DNA of 64,000 nt, taken from NCBI GenBank assembly GCA_013265495.1, contig MU058844.1, forward strand, positions 6,757,260-6,821,259, given 5' to 3'. Shown here piece after piece: positions 1 through 12,626 of the stretch. This DNA comes from Vicugna vicugna. Lineage: Eukaryota. Made by a program: the position numbers and the translations under genes. Below the pieces are notes generated by a model. That model was given only the letters and a program-made list of their open reading frames with translations. It was not told where the DNA came from and made no database searches. How positions within the stretch are numbered: position 1 is the stretch's first letter; every line of letters starts with the position of its first letter.

Positions 1-1189
1 ACAATTTCCTGTAAAGGACAATCTTCAGGAAGACCACATAATGTCATAATCCAGTGTCATTAGTTGCTTTAAAATGTAAGTTTTTGCTCTGTCACCCAAG
101 GCTATCTTCCCAAAAGATCCCACAGTTATATTAGTTCTCTCTCATTTAATGATGAAAGGGTCTGGAAAGCAGTTCTGTTCCAAAGGGTGACTGGAAATAT
201 TAGATGTACATGCTAAGACCTCATGTGGATGGAGCTCTAACTTATGTCAGGCATCTTTTTGTTTTAAAATGAATAAAGTATATTCAGTAGGAATCTGAGA
301 TGAAATTGATTCATACTACAGAAACATGTTCTTATTTAATACTGAATCTCTATATCCTCTCCTCTCTTTTATAGCACATCATTTGAGAGGAAAAATCAAT
401 GATGTAGCTGCTTTCTGAAATTATGTCTTAGACACATGGATTCTTTGGGTCACTGCTTTTCTTCACTAGTGGAAAATACAACGAAAACTGTGTAATGGAA
501 AGAACAGTCCCAATGAGAGCAGGTTAAACTGGCGCAGAATTTTAAACTTGAAATGTGAGCTATGGAATAAGTATCTAATATAAATTGTCATCTCTGTAAA
601 AATAATAATTTCTTCATATTGAATACTATTGGATTAAAAATATTAAAAAAAAAACTCTCTGCGATTAGAATCTTCTTTCTCTATAGTAAAAGATTTATTT
701 TAACCTCAAGTGAAGTTAGCATCCCTAATGAATCTAGAGCTAGAATACAGAAATTAAAAGGACCTGATGTGTCAAACAGGTATGCAGTCCTAGAAAGTGC
801 ACCCCTGAGGGAGTATCACTTAGGTACTATTTACATGAGTAAATCCCTGAAGGAAGCTAAGACATGAGTAAGCGTATTAGTCAGAGTTTTAGTTAGACTA
901 TAAGTACATGCAAATGACATGAATATTGAACATAAACTTGTTAAAGACCAATATTTGGAACAACTGAAAACTAGGATACGTTTAATAACATAAGTACAGA
1001 AAGTGTCAAGATAGTCTTTTTCTCTTTCAAATGAAGGAAATCACATCTATTTCCAGCCTTAATCAGAAATTTTTCCTGTGTCTCAACACTACCCTCCTCC
1101 AGTTTCCAGCCAAAAAAAAATCTTGAATTAATTTATAGTCACATTATTACATATAAAATAGAAAGTGAATCAGATCAGGCTAAATTCAG

Positions 1190-1272
1190 AGAACTGTGGG
1201 AGAATAAATTTCTGTTGTTTAAGCAATCCAGTTTGTGATTCTTTGTTAACACAGTCCTAGGAAACAAATACG
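1190..1272 (+). mobile_element. MaLR MLT1 LTR, 3' end fragment
   Basis: AGAACTGTGGGAGAATAAATTTCTGTTGTTTAAGCAATCCAGTTTGTG...GAAACAAATAC matches the typical MLT1 poly(A)-signal/U5 end. Confidence 0.8.
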
Positions 1273-2229
1273 ATGTAAGTATTAGCAAATTTTAGTGTGA
1301 GGGATCTGCTTTGACAATTCACCATTCTGCATAATGCACATTAGTGGCAGTAGTGAGGTTGTCATCAGTCCACAAATTATAATGGCCAAAGAATCTGGGG
1401 GTAAGAAAAAGGAGGAGGAAAAGCCTGACAAGAATGATAATGGAATGTCTCTACATATCCTTTGTATGAACACATGAAAGCCTTGATGTAAATTACAGAA
1501 GACAATCTTACTAATGAAATACAAAAGAAATATCCTTAGACTTAAGGGAATTGGACAAGATGATGGACAGAGGAAAAGTACTGTTCCTGGACATTAAAGA
1601 AGCACTGGTGAAAGTTAAACCCCTAAAGGAGGAAACTAGAATAGAAAAATTGTTTTCCTCACTCCAATGCACTGTTAAGAAGGAAATTAAAAATTAGTAT
1701 CCAAACCTTACAATACGTCATTGCTTAAATCTTATATATATATACTTATTAACTGAATAATCAACTGAATAATTAGTTCATAAAAGGACTTCAGGCATCC
1801 CCAAATATTTATGTATGATCTTTAAAAAACATGAAGTAAGGAAATCCTTGGGATATTACTATAGATAGATACCAGATAAATGTACACCTTAAATGGCTAT
1901 TTTTATTTTGTTGCTCAGAGTGGAAAATGCTTGATTGTTGCCTTAAAAGTTTATAATATTAAAAAGTTAAAGTAGTTTAAATAATTAGAGATATATAAAA
2001 TAAATGAACGATTTTGTCTTCTTGATGCATTTCCAAATATTATCAACATCTTTTTTGTACCTTTTGTAGGGAACAATAATACTATTTTAAAGGAGGGAAG
2101 AAAAATGGAGAAAGTAGAAAAAAAGTTCAAGTACAAGATAAATTGATAGTAGATGGATAGTGGGTAAGCTATACTAATGTGACCATTTATGAATTAAATT
2201 CTATAAAAGTAAACAAATTATGCAAAGTG

Positions 2230-2400
2230 AATGAAGGTTTTGTGAGATGAAACATGAAAAGAATTGAAAGATCACACAAAGAGGAAACTTTCATGTTAAA
2301 AGAATTCAATGCAGTCATATTTTACTTGTTACTAACTAATACTGATCCATTAAATTCCAATAATATTGTAAATTGTATGAAATGGATGGGCTGGTTCTTC
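2230..2400 (+). mobile_element. Ancient L1M ORF2 fragment, very degraded
   Basis: Weak resemblance to L1 ORF2 (CTGATCCATTAAATTCCAA...GAAATGGATGGGCTGGTTCT). Confidence 0.35.
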
Positions 2401-3104
2401 TTGGCATTTTAGTAGTAAAAGAAATATTATTTTATCATCCTTGCCAGAGACACGAAATTAGAGTTGGAATATGTTGCACTGTAAATTTATTGAACGATTA
2501 CCAAATAATTGACTTTATGCACAATGGATATGATAATTATACTAAATATAAAGAGAAAAGTAAACTGGATAAATGATGAGGTATGTATCTTATCTCATGC
2601 CCAATATCCTCCATAGGACTTTATTTTAGATGTTATTGTTAATGATAATGATGATGACAAATCTTCTACAAGCTGAAAAAGACAATGTAACCATTAACCA
2701 TACTCAGATTAAGTTTTTGTAAACAAATGGAGTACAAAGAATGATACCCTACTTGTATTATTTTTATTTTACAGAACGAGAACTGTTTGAATACCTCATC
2801 TTTCAAATGACAAAAGGAATAATTCAGGATCCTATTCAAAGGTGGAATTTGTCAATGAGTTCTTTTTATTCGTTTAACAAGGAATCCATTTAATCATTGA
2901 ACCATTTGTGAATTAATCAGTTTATTTCCCAGTAATTCCCTAAATGCTTTTGTATATAGAATCCTTTAAAAGAAAGAAATTTAAGCAATGACGTAGTTTG
3001 ATAAAAATATTCTACACTTAACATTTGGGATATGTAATTTATATTGACTTTGTTCATTCTGTAAGCTGTCAATCTAATTTTCAGCAATTATAATATTATA
3101 TACA

Positions 3105-3137
3105 TGTATGTGTGTGTGATGAATATGCGTGTGTGTG

Positions 3138-3168
<31 letters not shown>

Positions 3169-3179
3169 ATATATATATA
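3105..3179. repeat. Compound (TG)n/(TA)n microsatellite
   Basis: TG runs followed by an interrupted TA run, directly visible. Confidence 0.95.
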
Positions 3180-4299
3180 AAAAAATATGAGTAAAAGCTG
3201 TTTTGTCCTTTAAGTATAAAATATGATTGTTGCACTACAAAGATATCCTGGTAAAAAGCCTTTTTGACATGAATGAGAAAGCAGACTGTAAATAATTATC
3301 ATAGGGAAAAATTCTTGATTTAAATACATCCATCAAAACTACAACAGTTACTAGCAAACAATTTAGTTTAATTATAATACTTTATGAGTAATGTGTGATT
3401 ATTCTTTCAATAAATCCATACCCACTACTCCATCCATTTCATCTTCATTACACTCATCAACGTAAGTAACATTTTTACATCAATCTTATATCTTTTACTA
3501 TCTATAATTTTAAAATTCAAAATGATTGATTTTTATTTTCAAAGTATTTCTCCACTTTCCTGCAATCAAGACTTCCTTATGAAAGAACAAAAATCAAAAT
3601 TGTTGCGGTTTGAGTGGACACCAACTCTGTCTCAAGAAAAGCAGCAATTCTCAATAGAACAGGGTTGCTCACGGGCTTTTGAGCTGACTCAGTCACATCG
3701 TTAAAAGTCCCGACCTTGCAGCAAGATTAATGGAGTCATTAATGGATGTCAGCTCCAGCAGATCTTTCAGAATTACCCCTGGCAAATGTTACCAAAATCA
3801 GACAGCTATATAGAGAGCCATGAAAGACATAAGTCCATCAAAATCCTGAATTTTCTAATTTTCTGCAGGACTTTGTTTCTGCATGCAAGAGTTGCAATGC
3901 AAATTTTCGTGTGAATGCATATATTTATGCCTTTCTTTATTATTCTTGTTCAGTCTGTCATTGTAATCTTCATAATACTTGTGAAAAAGGTGTGCAGTTT
4001 ATCAGAAAGTAACCACAATACCAGAAGAGCTTCCTCAAGTTAAGTCTCATTGGAGATCTGGAAGAGTACATATAAAACATTATTTAAGGAGTTTAACATC
4101 TTTCCTAACCCACTTTGGAGAGGCTGACCATCATTTAGTTGTGGAATTGAATTCATTTGTCAGGGACTGGAATATGCACTCAGCCGATACATGGATATTA
4201 ACTTGTGGTCCCTGTTCTCAAGTCCAATGTGGAAATATACATATATAAGAGATATTTACAATATTTAGAGATAAATCTTGAGGGTGAGGGGATAGACAA

Positions 4300-5000
4300 G
4301 GTACACTGGCAACACTGTCAGCTTAGTGGAATAGAAAATATTTGAGTTCACTTTTGATAAACGAATGATAATTTGTAAAGAAAATAAGGAAAATGACTTC
4401 CCTAGCAGGAAGAACTTGTAAGAGCAATAGTAAAAAGACCAAAGTGTGCACAGCATATTTGAGAGCCAAAAGCTATTTAGTATTTCTGAAGTATAAACAG
4501 AAAAACTGTACAGTCAAGATATAAACCAGAATAAGAAAACAGGTCCTTAATCTTAAGTGTCCTGAATCTATGCCAAGCAATTTAAATTTAATTTTGTAGA
4601 TAATGGGGAGTCGTTAAGGAATTTCAAAGAGGGTGGAACTGGAAGTAGAAACCAATCCTAGGCTGACAAAAGTCCAGGAGTACAAGGCAGACAAAATAAG
4701 GCAACATAATAGGGTGAAGGAAAAAAAGATTTCAATTATTTAAGCAATTGCATGAGAAGAATTACTAGGTCGGAAGAGCTCCCGATGATTTTCAAGCTTC
4801 TAGTCTGTGACACTAGGTGAACTGTATGCTAGTCACTTACATAGAAAATAACAGATTCGAATAAAGTCAGTGTGTTTACTTCCGAGGTAACTGATGGGCC
4901 TGATGAGATACAAAATGTTGGTTCTTTGGAGATGAAAGAGATATTGATTGGAAGTGAAGAAGTCGTTGGTATATTTGTAGTGACTAATGCCACAGGGTTA
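4300..5000 (-). mobile_element. L2 LINE fragment
   Basis: Purine-rich stretch with antisense L2 hallmarks (TTTAAATTTAATTTTGTAGATAATGGGGAGTCGTTAAGGAATTTCAAAGAGGG). Confidence 0.6.
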
Positions 5001-5439
5001 AATTCACTAATAATCTGACTCATCAATAAATGTTTGTATGTATCACAAGGTTATCAACTTCATATATTACAAATGTATAACAAACGTGAAAATAAAACAT
5101 AAACACCACCAAAATCAACTTCACTATACAATCTCTATTCATTTATCATGTGTTTAACTTATGATGTCGCATACACTATTTCTCAACACTAAAAGTCAGA
5201 AATACTTAAATCATTTAAGCACTTTCCAGACTTACAGAATTCATATAGTTATATACTACATAGAACATAACCGTCTAATTACACTCAGCAAAATATGACT
5301 GCTTCTGGAAGCCATGAAGAGATGTTAGTGGCCTGAACATCAGTTGTTAGGGGGCTGTTATGACGATTCCAGGTAATAACAGTACGGTCTTACAGTAATG
5401 CCATGACAAGGGTATTGAAATCAACTGAATGCGATAGTA

Positions 5440-5690
5440 GTCAACAATTAGTTTTTATTTTAGTCACCATTCCAAGCACTTTGCATGTGTTCACTCATTT
5501 AATCCACACTACAACACTATGAGATAAATACTATTATTGCTTCCATTTTATGGATGAAAAAGCTGAAGAAAGGAATCAAATTCAGGAAAGAATTTATACA
5601 ATAGTAAACACCTTTTAAACAGTGGCAATCTAGGTTCAAATCCATGCTGTAATCCTTTTTGCTAGATTTATGGTCGTTCCTAACTATTTG
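5440..5690 (-). mobile_element. MIR SINE
   Basis: CTCATTTAATCCACACTACAACACTATGAGATAAATACTATTATTGCTTCCATTTTATGGATGAAAAAGCTGA is the antisense MIR core. Confidence 0.8.
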
Positions 5691-5834
5691 TTACACTCTA
5701 CTGGCATTCCATGAAGTCGTATCATACGTATTTATGGTAACAGCTTTATCACAAGTGAAAAAGCTTAATCCGCTATGAATCCAAGTTGATAAACCTACAC
5801 AGAGGTGGTCAATAATATATGTTTTTTATTCTGT

Positions 5835-5975
5835 CATGTGAATGTAAGTTCAATAAAGACAGGTAGAGATTTACGTCTATTTTGCTGCTGTTGTGTCCGC
5901 AGCACCTACAACTAAAGCTCTTAGTAAGCACCTAAAAAAAAAACAATTTTAAATTAACAAATGAATGAACAAATT
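5835..5975 (+). mobile_element. L2 3' end
   Basis: AATGTAAGTTCAATAAAGACAGG...CAGCACCTACAAC...TAGTAAGCACCT...AATGAATGAA tail. Confidence 0.65.
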
Positions 5976-6189
5976 AATTAAGCCTTAATGGTCTAAAATG
6001 TGAGAGAAGACTCTATTTTAATAGAAGAATATATATTGGCAGACACAAGTTTTTCCACTTAAGAGATTACTGCATAGAAAATTTGTTTAACAAGTGGTTA
6101 GAGAAAAAAATACAATTTATTTGAAATATGCCTAAATACTAATGAAGGGCATTGATTTATAATTTTAGCATAGGGATGGATTTCCAACT

Positions 6190-6650
6190 CCTCTTTAAAA
6201 ATAACACTTTGTGATTATTACGACTATACATATTTTTCAAGAAAATATATACAATAAAATATGGTATAAATATGAAATTGAAAATAACTTATAATGCATC
6301 ATCCAGGGGTAAACACTGTTAAACAATCAGGGTCTGAACATCTAACTTCCACTTTACAAATGTGATTAAAATTTCAATTAAAAATTAGACTTACCCTATG
6401 TATATTGTTTTGTTATCTTCTTTCTAAGAGTGTATCATCAGAATTTCCACATGCTATTAAATGTTATTTGAAAACTTTAGTTACAAAGCATCCCATTCTC
6501 TGAATATATCACAATTCACTGGCTTTGGTGATTCCTACTATTTCATTTACTGATTTTTGTAAATAACACTGTGTAGACATTCTCACATGTACATACTTGA
6601 GCACATCTCTAATTATATTTAAGAATAAATTTCTAGATTTGGAATCATCA
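6190..6650 (-). mobile_element. Ancient L1ME-type fragment
   Basis: AAATAACACTGTGTAGACATTCTCACATGTACATACTTGAGCACATCTCTAATTATATTTAAGAATAAATTTCTAGA resembles the antisense L1M 3' region. Confidence 0.55.
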
Positions 6651-7860
6651 TTATTTTTCAGTTGAAATGACTATCAGTTCACTAATCATTAAATGTAAAT
6701 TTCAATGTCATACAGAATTGCCTGTTTCCCTCAAATGTTCTTTAATTTAATATGTTTTTCTTTAATTAGTAAAACAATTACATGCTATATTGGCACTACT
6801 TAGAGTAATAGGTAGTAAGACTTAATAAAAGTTAAATAAATAGAAGTTAATGATTATGATCACATGTTATTATTCTGCTAAGAGTAACAGACCTCTGCTA
6901 AGAGGTTTACATTCTCTTTCATTCTCTTACATTTCTGTTTTAACATCTATTTTAATTATTTAGGATTAAGTTAATTTAGATCTGATTTTTGATATAAAAA
7001 CAAACTTTACAACTCTACAAGCTTGCAAAATCAAGAAATCTTAAATCTATGAAAAGCCTGTTAGCTTTCCCAATAGATGGCAGAGATGACAATTTTAAAG
7101 AGAACCTATAAAAATAAACCCACTTATAAATTCTCATGTAAAATTCAACTGAATATTAATATCTTAAAGTTCTTTCAATTTAAAAGCAGCACTTTTATTC
7201 ACACTTTTTACCCTAGAAATCATGATAAAAATCAAACAAGATTTCATCTTAAAAAATATTCACTATAGGCCCACAAGCTTTTATAGGAAGAGCATAAAAC
7301 AGAGATTTTTTTTTTTTTACATGGCAGGAAAATTAAAGTCTGTTCTGTAACATTCAACTGATATCTAAAGAAAGTATTATTCTCTATTCCATTTGCCTGG
7401 TTTGTTTTCTCTTCAGTTGTGTGAAGCCTTTTGAGAACTATTTACATGAATAATTTAATATTGACCCATAAGTCATCTACAGTTGAACACTTTAATCAGA
7501 TATGTACATGACTCAGTGTAAATAAATGATTAATCCTCACATATGTCTGCATAAAACGCCTTCTTAATTTTTGGTTGTATTGAAATTGAGAATTGAGGGC
7601 ATTTGTAACAAGGATAAAAAAGGGGAAAAATAAGTATTTTAAGAAAAAATATATAACAAACCTGACAAATTTCAGGCAAATTAAATAATCACTGCAGAGA
7701 AAGTAGAAACAATAAAAGCATCAATACTTTTTATTTCTAATAAACTATCCATTCAATGGTATTAATATTTCTGAATTCTACAGAAGTTTCCAAAGCGTGC
7801 TCTACAGCCTAAGGTAGATATGTAGCTAGTAATATATTAAAACAAAAAACAAGGAGGGAT

Positions 7861-8423
7861 TGTTGAAGTTCTGTAGCCAAATAATTTGGGGCTAACCATA
7901 AAAGATCAAAAAGCAAGCGGTGTCCCAACCCCTCTGCCCCTTCCCCCCAGATTGGAATCCAGATCTAGGTGCCATCATGGTTAAAGTAAAAGTAGATACA
8001 CACTCCATTGATAGAGTGCTGGCTGTCTCCGAAGGTGAGGGAGAAAGGTCACAAGGTGTGGTGTTGCTATTCCAACCTGGAATGTTATTTCAAGCATATG
8101 AAATAATGGAGCCCATAAAAGTTGGAGGATTGTTCCAATCTGAGGGGAAGGGGCAGGGGTTTCCAGGGATTAGGCCACCACTCACTTTTGGATCTTTTAT
8201 AGTTAGCCTTAGAACTGTCATGATGCCTGTGGGAGTGCCATTTAGCATATAATGCTAATATATTATAACAAGCATATAATGAAGCTCAAGGTCTACTGGA
8301 AGTCAAATCTCCCACCATCCTGGGCCTCAAGGTCTACTGGGAGTTGACTTTTCTGCCATTTTTGTGTTAACTGCTGTGTCATTCCTTTAATGGCTGTGCC
8401 CTGTCCCCATCCTTCCTGTCTCA
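7861..8423 (-). mobile_element. Solo ERV1-type LTR
   Basis: Starts TGTT and ends TCTCA (TGAGA...AACA on the minus strand). GC-richer than its flanks, with an internal 41-bp-period repeat of CTCAAGGTCTACTGG. No clear TSD. Confidence 0.7.
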
Positions 8424-8595
8424 GTGCAACCCCTAAGATGCAGAATCATCCTTATCATCATCCTCACTTTAGAAATGCAAAAAACAGAGCTTCAAATGGT
8501 TTAAACAATCTGCCCAAGATGTGCCCCTAGGAAATTATGAAGTCAGAACTACAAGTAAGTATTGAAACTCTACAACTTGCAGTCTTAATTATTAT
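8424..8595 (-). mobile_element. MIR SINE fragment
   Basis: ATCCTCACTTTAGAAATGCAAAAAACAGAGCTTCAAATGGTTTAAACAATCTGCCCAAGATG resembles the MIR core. Confidence 0.65.
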
Positions 8596-8819
8596 ATTAA
8601 GTGACCTCTAAACCACTCTGGATTTTATAACTTACAACTTTTTTTTCCTGTCAAAACTGGATCTTGTGAAAATTATTGCTTCTAACAGTCTTCTTCCAAA
8701 TCTTTATCTTTGTAGAAAAGACAGAGAAAGAAAGCAATAGAGCATGAAAGAAGAATCAAGGGAAAATTCAAATTGGTGAGAGAGGCAGGAGAAAAGAGCA
8801 AAGGGGTACACAAACCACT

Positions 8820-9935
8820 GCAGTGAGCATCTCTTCTATGTTATGCAGGAATGAAAAAAAAAATGACACTGAGAAGTTCCTTGCCTGTGTGGAGTTTGCA
8901 TTGATTCCAGAGAAGTCACATAATGAAATGATGACAAAATTAAAGAATCAGTACAATTAAATGAGTACTAAAAAGCAGATAAACCAGGTAAAGGGACTCA
9001 GAATATGCTACCCCCAAATATGCCACTTTGGCATATTGATTATTTGAGCTGAAAGCAGTTGAAAAATGAGATGCAGGAAAAGCTCTCTGTCTTCCCCCTA
9101 TCTGACTAAAGCAGGGCATAAATTTCCCATGAGAAAGGTGCCCTCCTTGTACCAAGAGAAGAGAGTGTTCTTTATCATCAGAGACAGTCGATGCCAAGAT
9201 GATTCTGCGTAAGCAGATATTTCTAAAATATCTCTCATCCTTCATTAGTTCCCTCCATATATTTCCTAGTCACTTCCCTCAAATTTATTGGCTGTAGAGG
9301 CTCAACATCCCTTTCCTTTGTCTAGTCACTTCTCTACAATTTAGCAATCTTTGTTTAAAATGGTGCATAAGACCTGAGTCGAACCACTTCTTCGGGTTTT
9401 TATTTTTGACTTCTTCTCTGTGAATCCCTTGTGAACATCTCATTAACTATCGTAATAAAATTATATGCTTTTTCTCCTTTTAACTTGTCTTTTGTCAGTT
9501 TAATCTGCAGGTCCCAGTGACTTAACCTAAAAAGGTAGAGGAAAAGTTATTCCCCCCTTACACAGGATAATGACACAGAAAAGTCAAGTCATGCTCTTTG
9601 GGAGATTGTGCCAAGGAAAGCCTCTCTGAGATTTGTTTTGAGACCCGAGAAAGTAGAAAGGAGGTGTGTTACAGGTAGAGGGGACAACAATAGCTGTGGC
9701 CTGAAGTAAAAGGAATGGTGGTCTGTTCAAAGCACAATAATAGCAAGGGGGCCAATCATGCACAGTGAGCAAGGGAAGAGACAAAGGAGGTGAGGTTCTA
9801 GAAGAAGACAGAGACCAGGATTTGTGTACCAGGCTAAGGAACTTAGAGTTTATTCTAATTGAAATAGAAAACCATTGACCAACTTTAAGTGGGAGATGGA
9901 ATTCATTTGATTTATTTAAAAGAATACTTTGTGTC
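8820..9935 (-). mobile_element. L2 fragment interrupted by a MER34-type LTR
   Basis: Antisense L2 on both sides of the LTR, e.g. CCTTGCCTGTGTGGAGTTTGCATT and GGCTAAGGAACTTAGAGTTTATTCTAATTGAAATAGAAAACCATTG. Confidence 0.7.
8989..9562 (+). mobile_element. MER34-family solo LTR (ERV1)
   Basis: Begins TAAAGGGACTCAGAATATGCTACCCCCAAATATGCCACTTTGGCATATTGATTATTTGAGCTGAA and ends CCCCTTACA. Perfect 4-bp TSD CAGG at 8985-8988 and 9563-9566. Confidence 0.9.
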
Positions 9936-10785
9936 ATTCATTCACGGAGGTCACTATGCATACCTCTCTGTGACAGAAATGCAAGCCAGTATATGGAACC
10001 GTGTCTGTTATCTATTCTGTTAAGTGTAGAAGGGAACTCTCTTATTAAAACAGATTCATGTGTCCAACTTAGAACACATCTTCTCCACAACGTTAAACCT
10101 TTAATTTTCATTCAAACTTGTTGATAAACCTTGAATTTATTCTCTTCCTGATCTATTTTTTTCTTTTTGCTTAAAACTGTACCCTAAACATGATTTAGCC
10201 TAATGATTTTAAAATGTAACAAGTGTAGTAAATGTAAAAATCATACTTGAGACATTGTTATTAGCAAATAGTAAATATTTATATCCTTATAGAGTAGGTA
10301 TTTTATCCCAAAGATCTGATTTTTAAGGTTGAATTAATAACAGGTTGAAGCAATTGGAATAAAGATAAAAATCATAAACTCCTAAGAATTTTACTATAGC
10401 CCTCTAAGTATATTTTATTTTTTATTCTTCTTGCTAATTGGCATGCAATTGGGACACAAACTGATGAACTGGTCTTTTAGCCACTGTGGTTCCTTTGAAA
10501 CTGCTAAAAAAAATTGAGTAGTTTAGAGGCAAACTAGAGTAGCTTTCAGTTAATTTTCTTGTAAAGGTCTTGCTTGAAGGGGTAGTTAGAGGTGGGCCAT
10601 AATATTTGATTTTAAGGCTAAACAGAAGTTATTTGATTTGCCCATGGTGATCAGTTGTTACTATAAGCACCGAAAAAAATCCCAGCTCTTTACACCATTC
10701 ACTGCGTCAATGAGTTATATCATTTCATTGTGAAACTGAAAAGCATAATAAAACTTCTTGCTGGGTCACCAAATTTTTCACTTTT

Positions 10786-10927
10786 TTAAAAAAATTGAGA
10801 TATAATTGACATACATTGTATTAGTTTCAGGTATGCAACATAATAACTCAATATTTGTATGAAATTGTAAAATGATCACCACAGTCTATTTAGTTAATAT
10901 CTATCACCACACATAGTTACTGAATTG
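10786..10927 (-). mobile_element. 5'-truncated L1 3' end (L1MA-like)
   Basis: ATTGAGATATAATTGACATACATTGTATTAGTTTCAGGTATGCAACATAAT; 14-bp TSD AATTTTTCACTTTT at 10772-10785 and 10928-10941. Confidence 0.9.
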
Positions 10928-10979
10928 AATTTTTCACTTTTCACATGACCTTCCCCACGCAGACTTTGGGATGCTCTCC

Positions 10980-11670
10980 AGTGTAGTGTACCGGAGGGAG
11001 CACAGGAGGCTGGGACATGTAATCGGAAGACTTTGGTTATAGTCTCAGCTACACTCACTAGCTCTTCCAGTTACTATTGCTGGAGAACATATAATCCTGA
11101 CATTTGGTGACTTAAAACAATAACAATCATCATATCATTATCATTTTCCAGTTCTTGGAGTTGACTGGACTCTCATTTGGAATTTCTTATACAGTTGCTG
11201 TCACACTGTAGCTGAGGATGGAATCATCATCACAAATGCTTCTTCCCTCACACGCCTGTTGATCGATGCTAACTGTTAGCCGTAACGCCCACAGGAGGTT
11301 TTTTCACAAGGCTTGAGCTTGTGGAAAAGCATAGAGCTTTCATAATCTAACTTCAGAAGTTACATAGATTCAGTTCCCAGTATAGCCAAGGGCCGGCCCA
11401 GCTCCTGGGGGCATGAACATGGACACGTGCAGCCCTCAGTGGGAAGTATATCAAAGTCACTGTGTAAGACCAGCATCTGGGGCTGGACAATTTGTTACAG
11501 CCGCCCTGGAAAATATGATCTGTCATACTAGCGATGCTATCTTAATCAAGTTCCTGAGTTCCTCTGTGCTTCCATTCTTCCATCTATAAAATAGGAATGG
11601 TAACTGCTTGACTTTTCCATGACAGGGTTATGAAAGTCAGATATTAGGATATATAATAAAAGATGTAATA
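10980..11670 (+). mobile_element. MIR SINE split by an MLT1 LTR
   Basis: MIR 5' part ends CACTAGC before the LTR. The MIR core (CAAGTTCCTGAGTTCCTCTGTGCTTCCATTCTTCCATCTATAAAATAGGAATGGTAA) resumes after it. Confidence 0.75.
11063..11527 (-). mobile_element. MaLR MLT1 (MLT1F-like) solo LTR
   Basis: TCTTCCAGTTACTATTGCTG...GACTTAAAACAATAACAATC...GGAAAATATGATCTGTCATA; 5-bp TSD CTAGC at 11058-11062 and 11528-11532. Confidence 0.85.
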
Positions 11671-12361
11671 AAGTTTCAAACACAATATAAATGAAAGCTG
11701 TTATTAGGATATAAATATTCTCTAGCTTATGTGACAAGGAGGTGTGGATTGCAATCTTAGATTCCAACTCTTGTATCAAGTTATTACTTTCTAGCTTGGC
11801 AATGAATTGCCCTTATGAAATATGCAATGGAGTCAATACAGTATGAAAACAAAGAATCAAGCTCTATAAGGCTGATTCCAAAAATTCTTTACATGTACAA
11901 ACATGGAAATGAATTGTCATAGGAGTTAAAATATCTTATTTATGATAAGACAATTATTCAGTATGCTGTGCAATTGTCAAAATTTTGGGAGCTTTTGACT
12001 TTCATTTTTCTAATGAAATATTTGGTGTTTTTGCATATAACTTTTCTATGCTTCAGTTGTCTTCATTAGTAAAATTAAATACTAGCACTTTGTTATATAC
12101 ATTATGTTAAATAATCAATTAGATAAAGTTTAGAATAATACCAACATGAGTGGCAAATATAATCTGGTATAAAGGTATCATTGGAATTTGATTCTGAGTT
12201 AGGCTTGATCAGGCCAGATAGAGGGCATGCAATAATGACCTAATTTTCACACCTCCACCTCCAAATATCCTACTCATTTATATATATATATCAAGGGACT
12301 TATATTTGGCTTTTTCCCTTGCCCATGAATTCTGACAATAACCTTATTTAGTTCTGTTGCT

Positions 12362-12626
12362 AGAGATGCAATGTTGCCAGTTTTGAAGATAGAGGAAGGG
12401 GATTCCAGCCAAGGAATGTAGTCAGCCTCTAGAAGCTGGAAAATGCAGGGAAACAGATTCTCCCCTGGAGACTAAAGAATGGAATGCAATTATGTCGATA
12501 TGCTGATGCTAGCCCAGTGAGACCTGTGTTGGACTTCCTACCTACAGAACTGTAAGATAATAAGTTTTTGTAATTTTGAAATTACCAGGTATGTGACAAT
12601 TTCTTACAACAGCAATAGAACACTAG
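12362..12626 (+). mobile_element. MaLR MLT1D-like LTR, 3' half
   Basis: TTTGAAGATAGAGGAAGGGG...AGCCAAGGAATGTAGTCAGCCTCTAGAAGCTGGAAAA...AACAGATTCTCCCCTGGAG...CAGAACTGTAAGATAATAA. Confidence 0.9.

Noticed and set aside
1751..1773. Short tandem duplications (AACTGAATAAT x2; also TCTGCTAAGAG near 6874/6894 and ATCTAACTCCTGG at 32820/32842)
   Set aside because: Common slippage products with no sign of function.
7920..9937. ORFs of 101-117 aa
   Set aside because: They fall inside LTR and L2 sequence and are chance frames.
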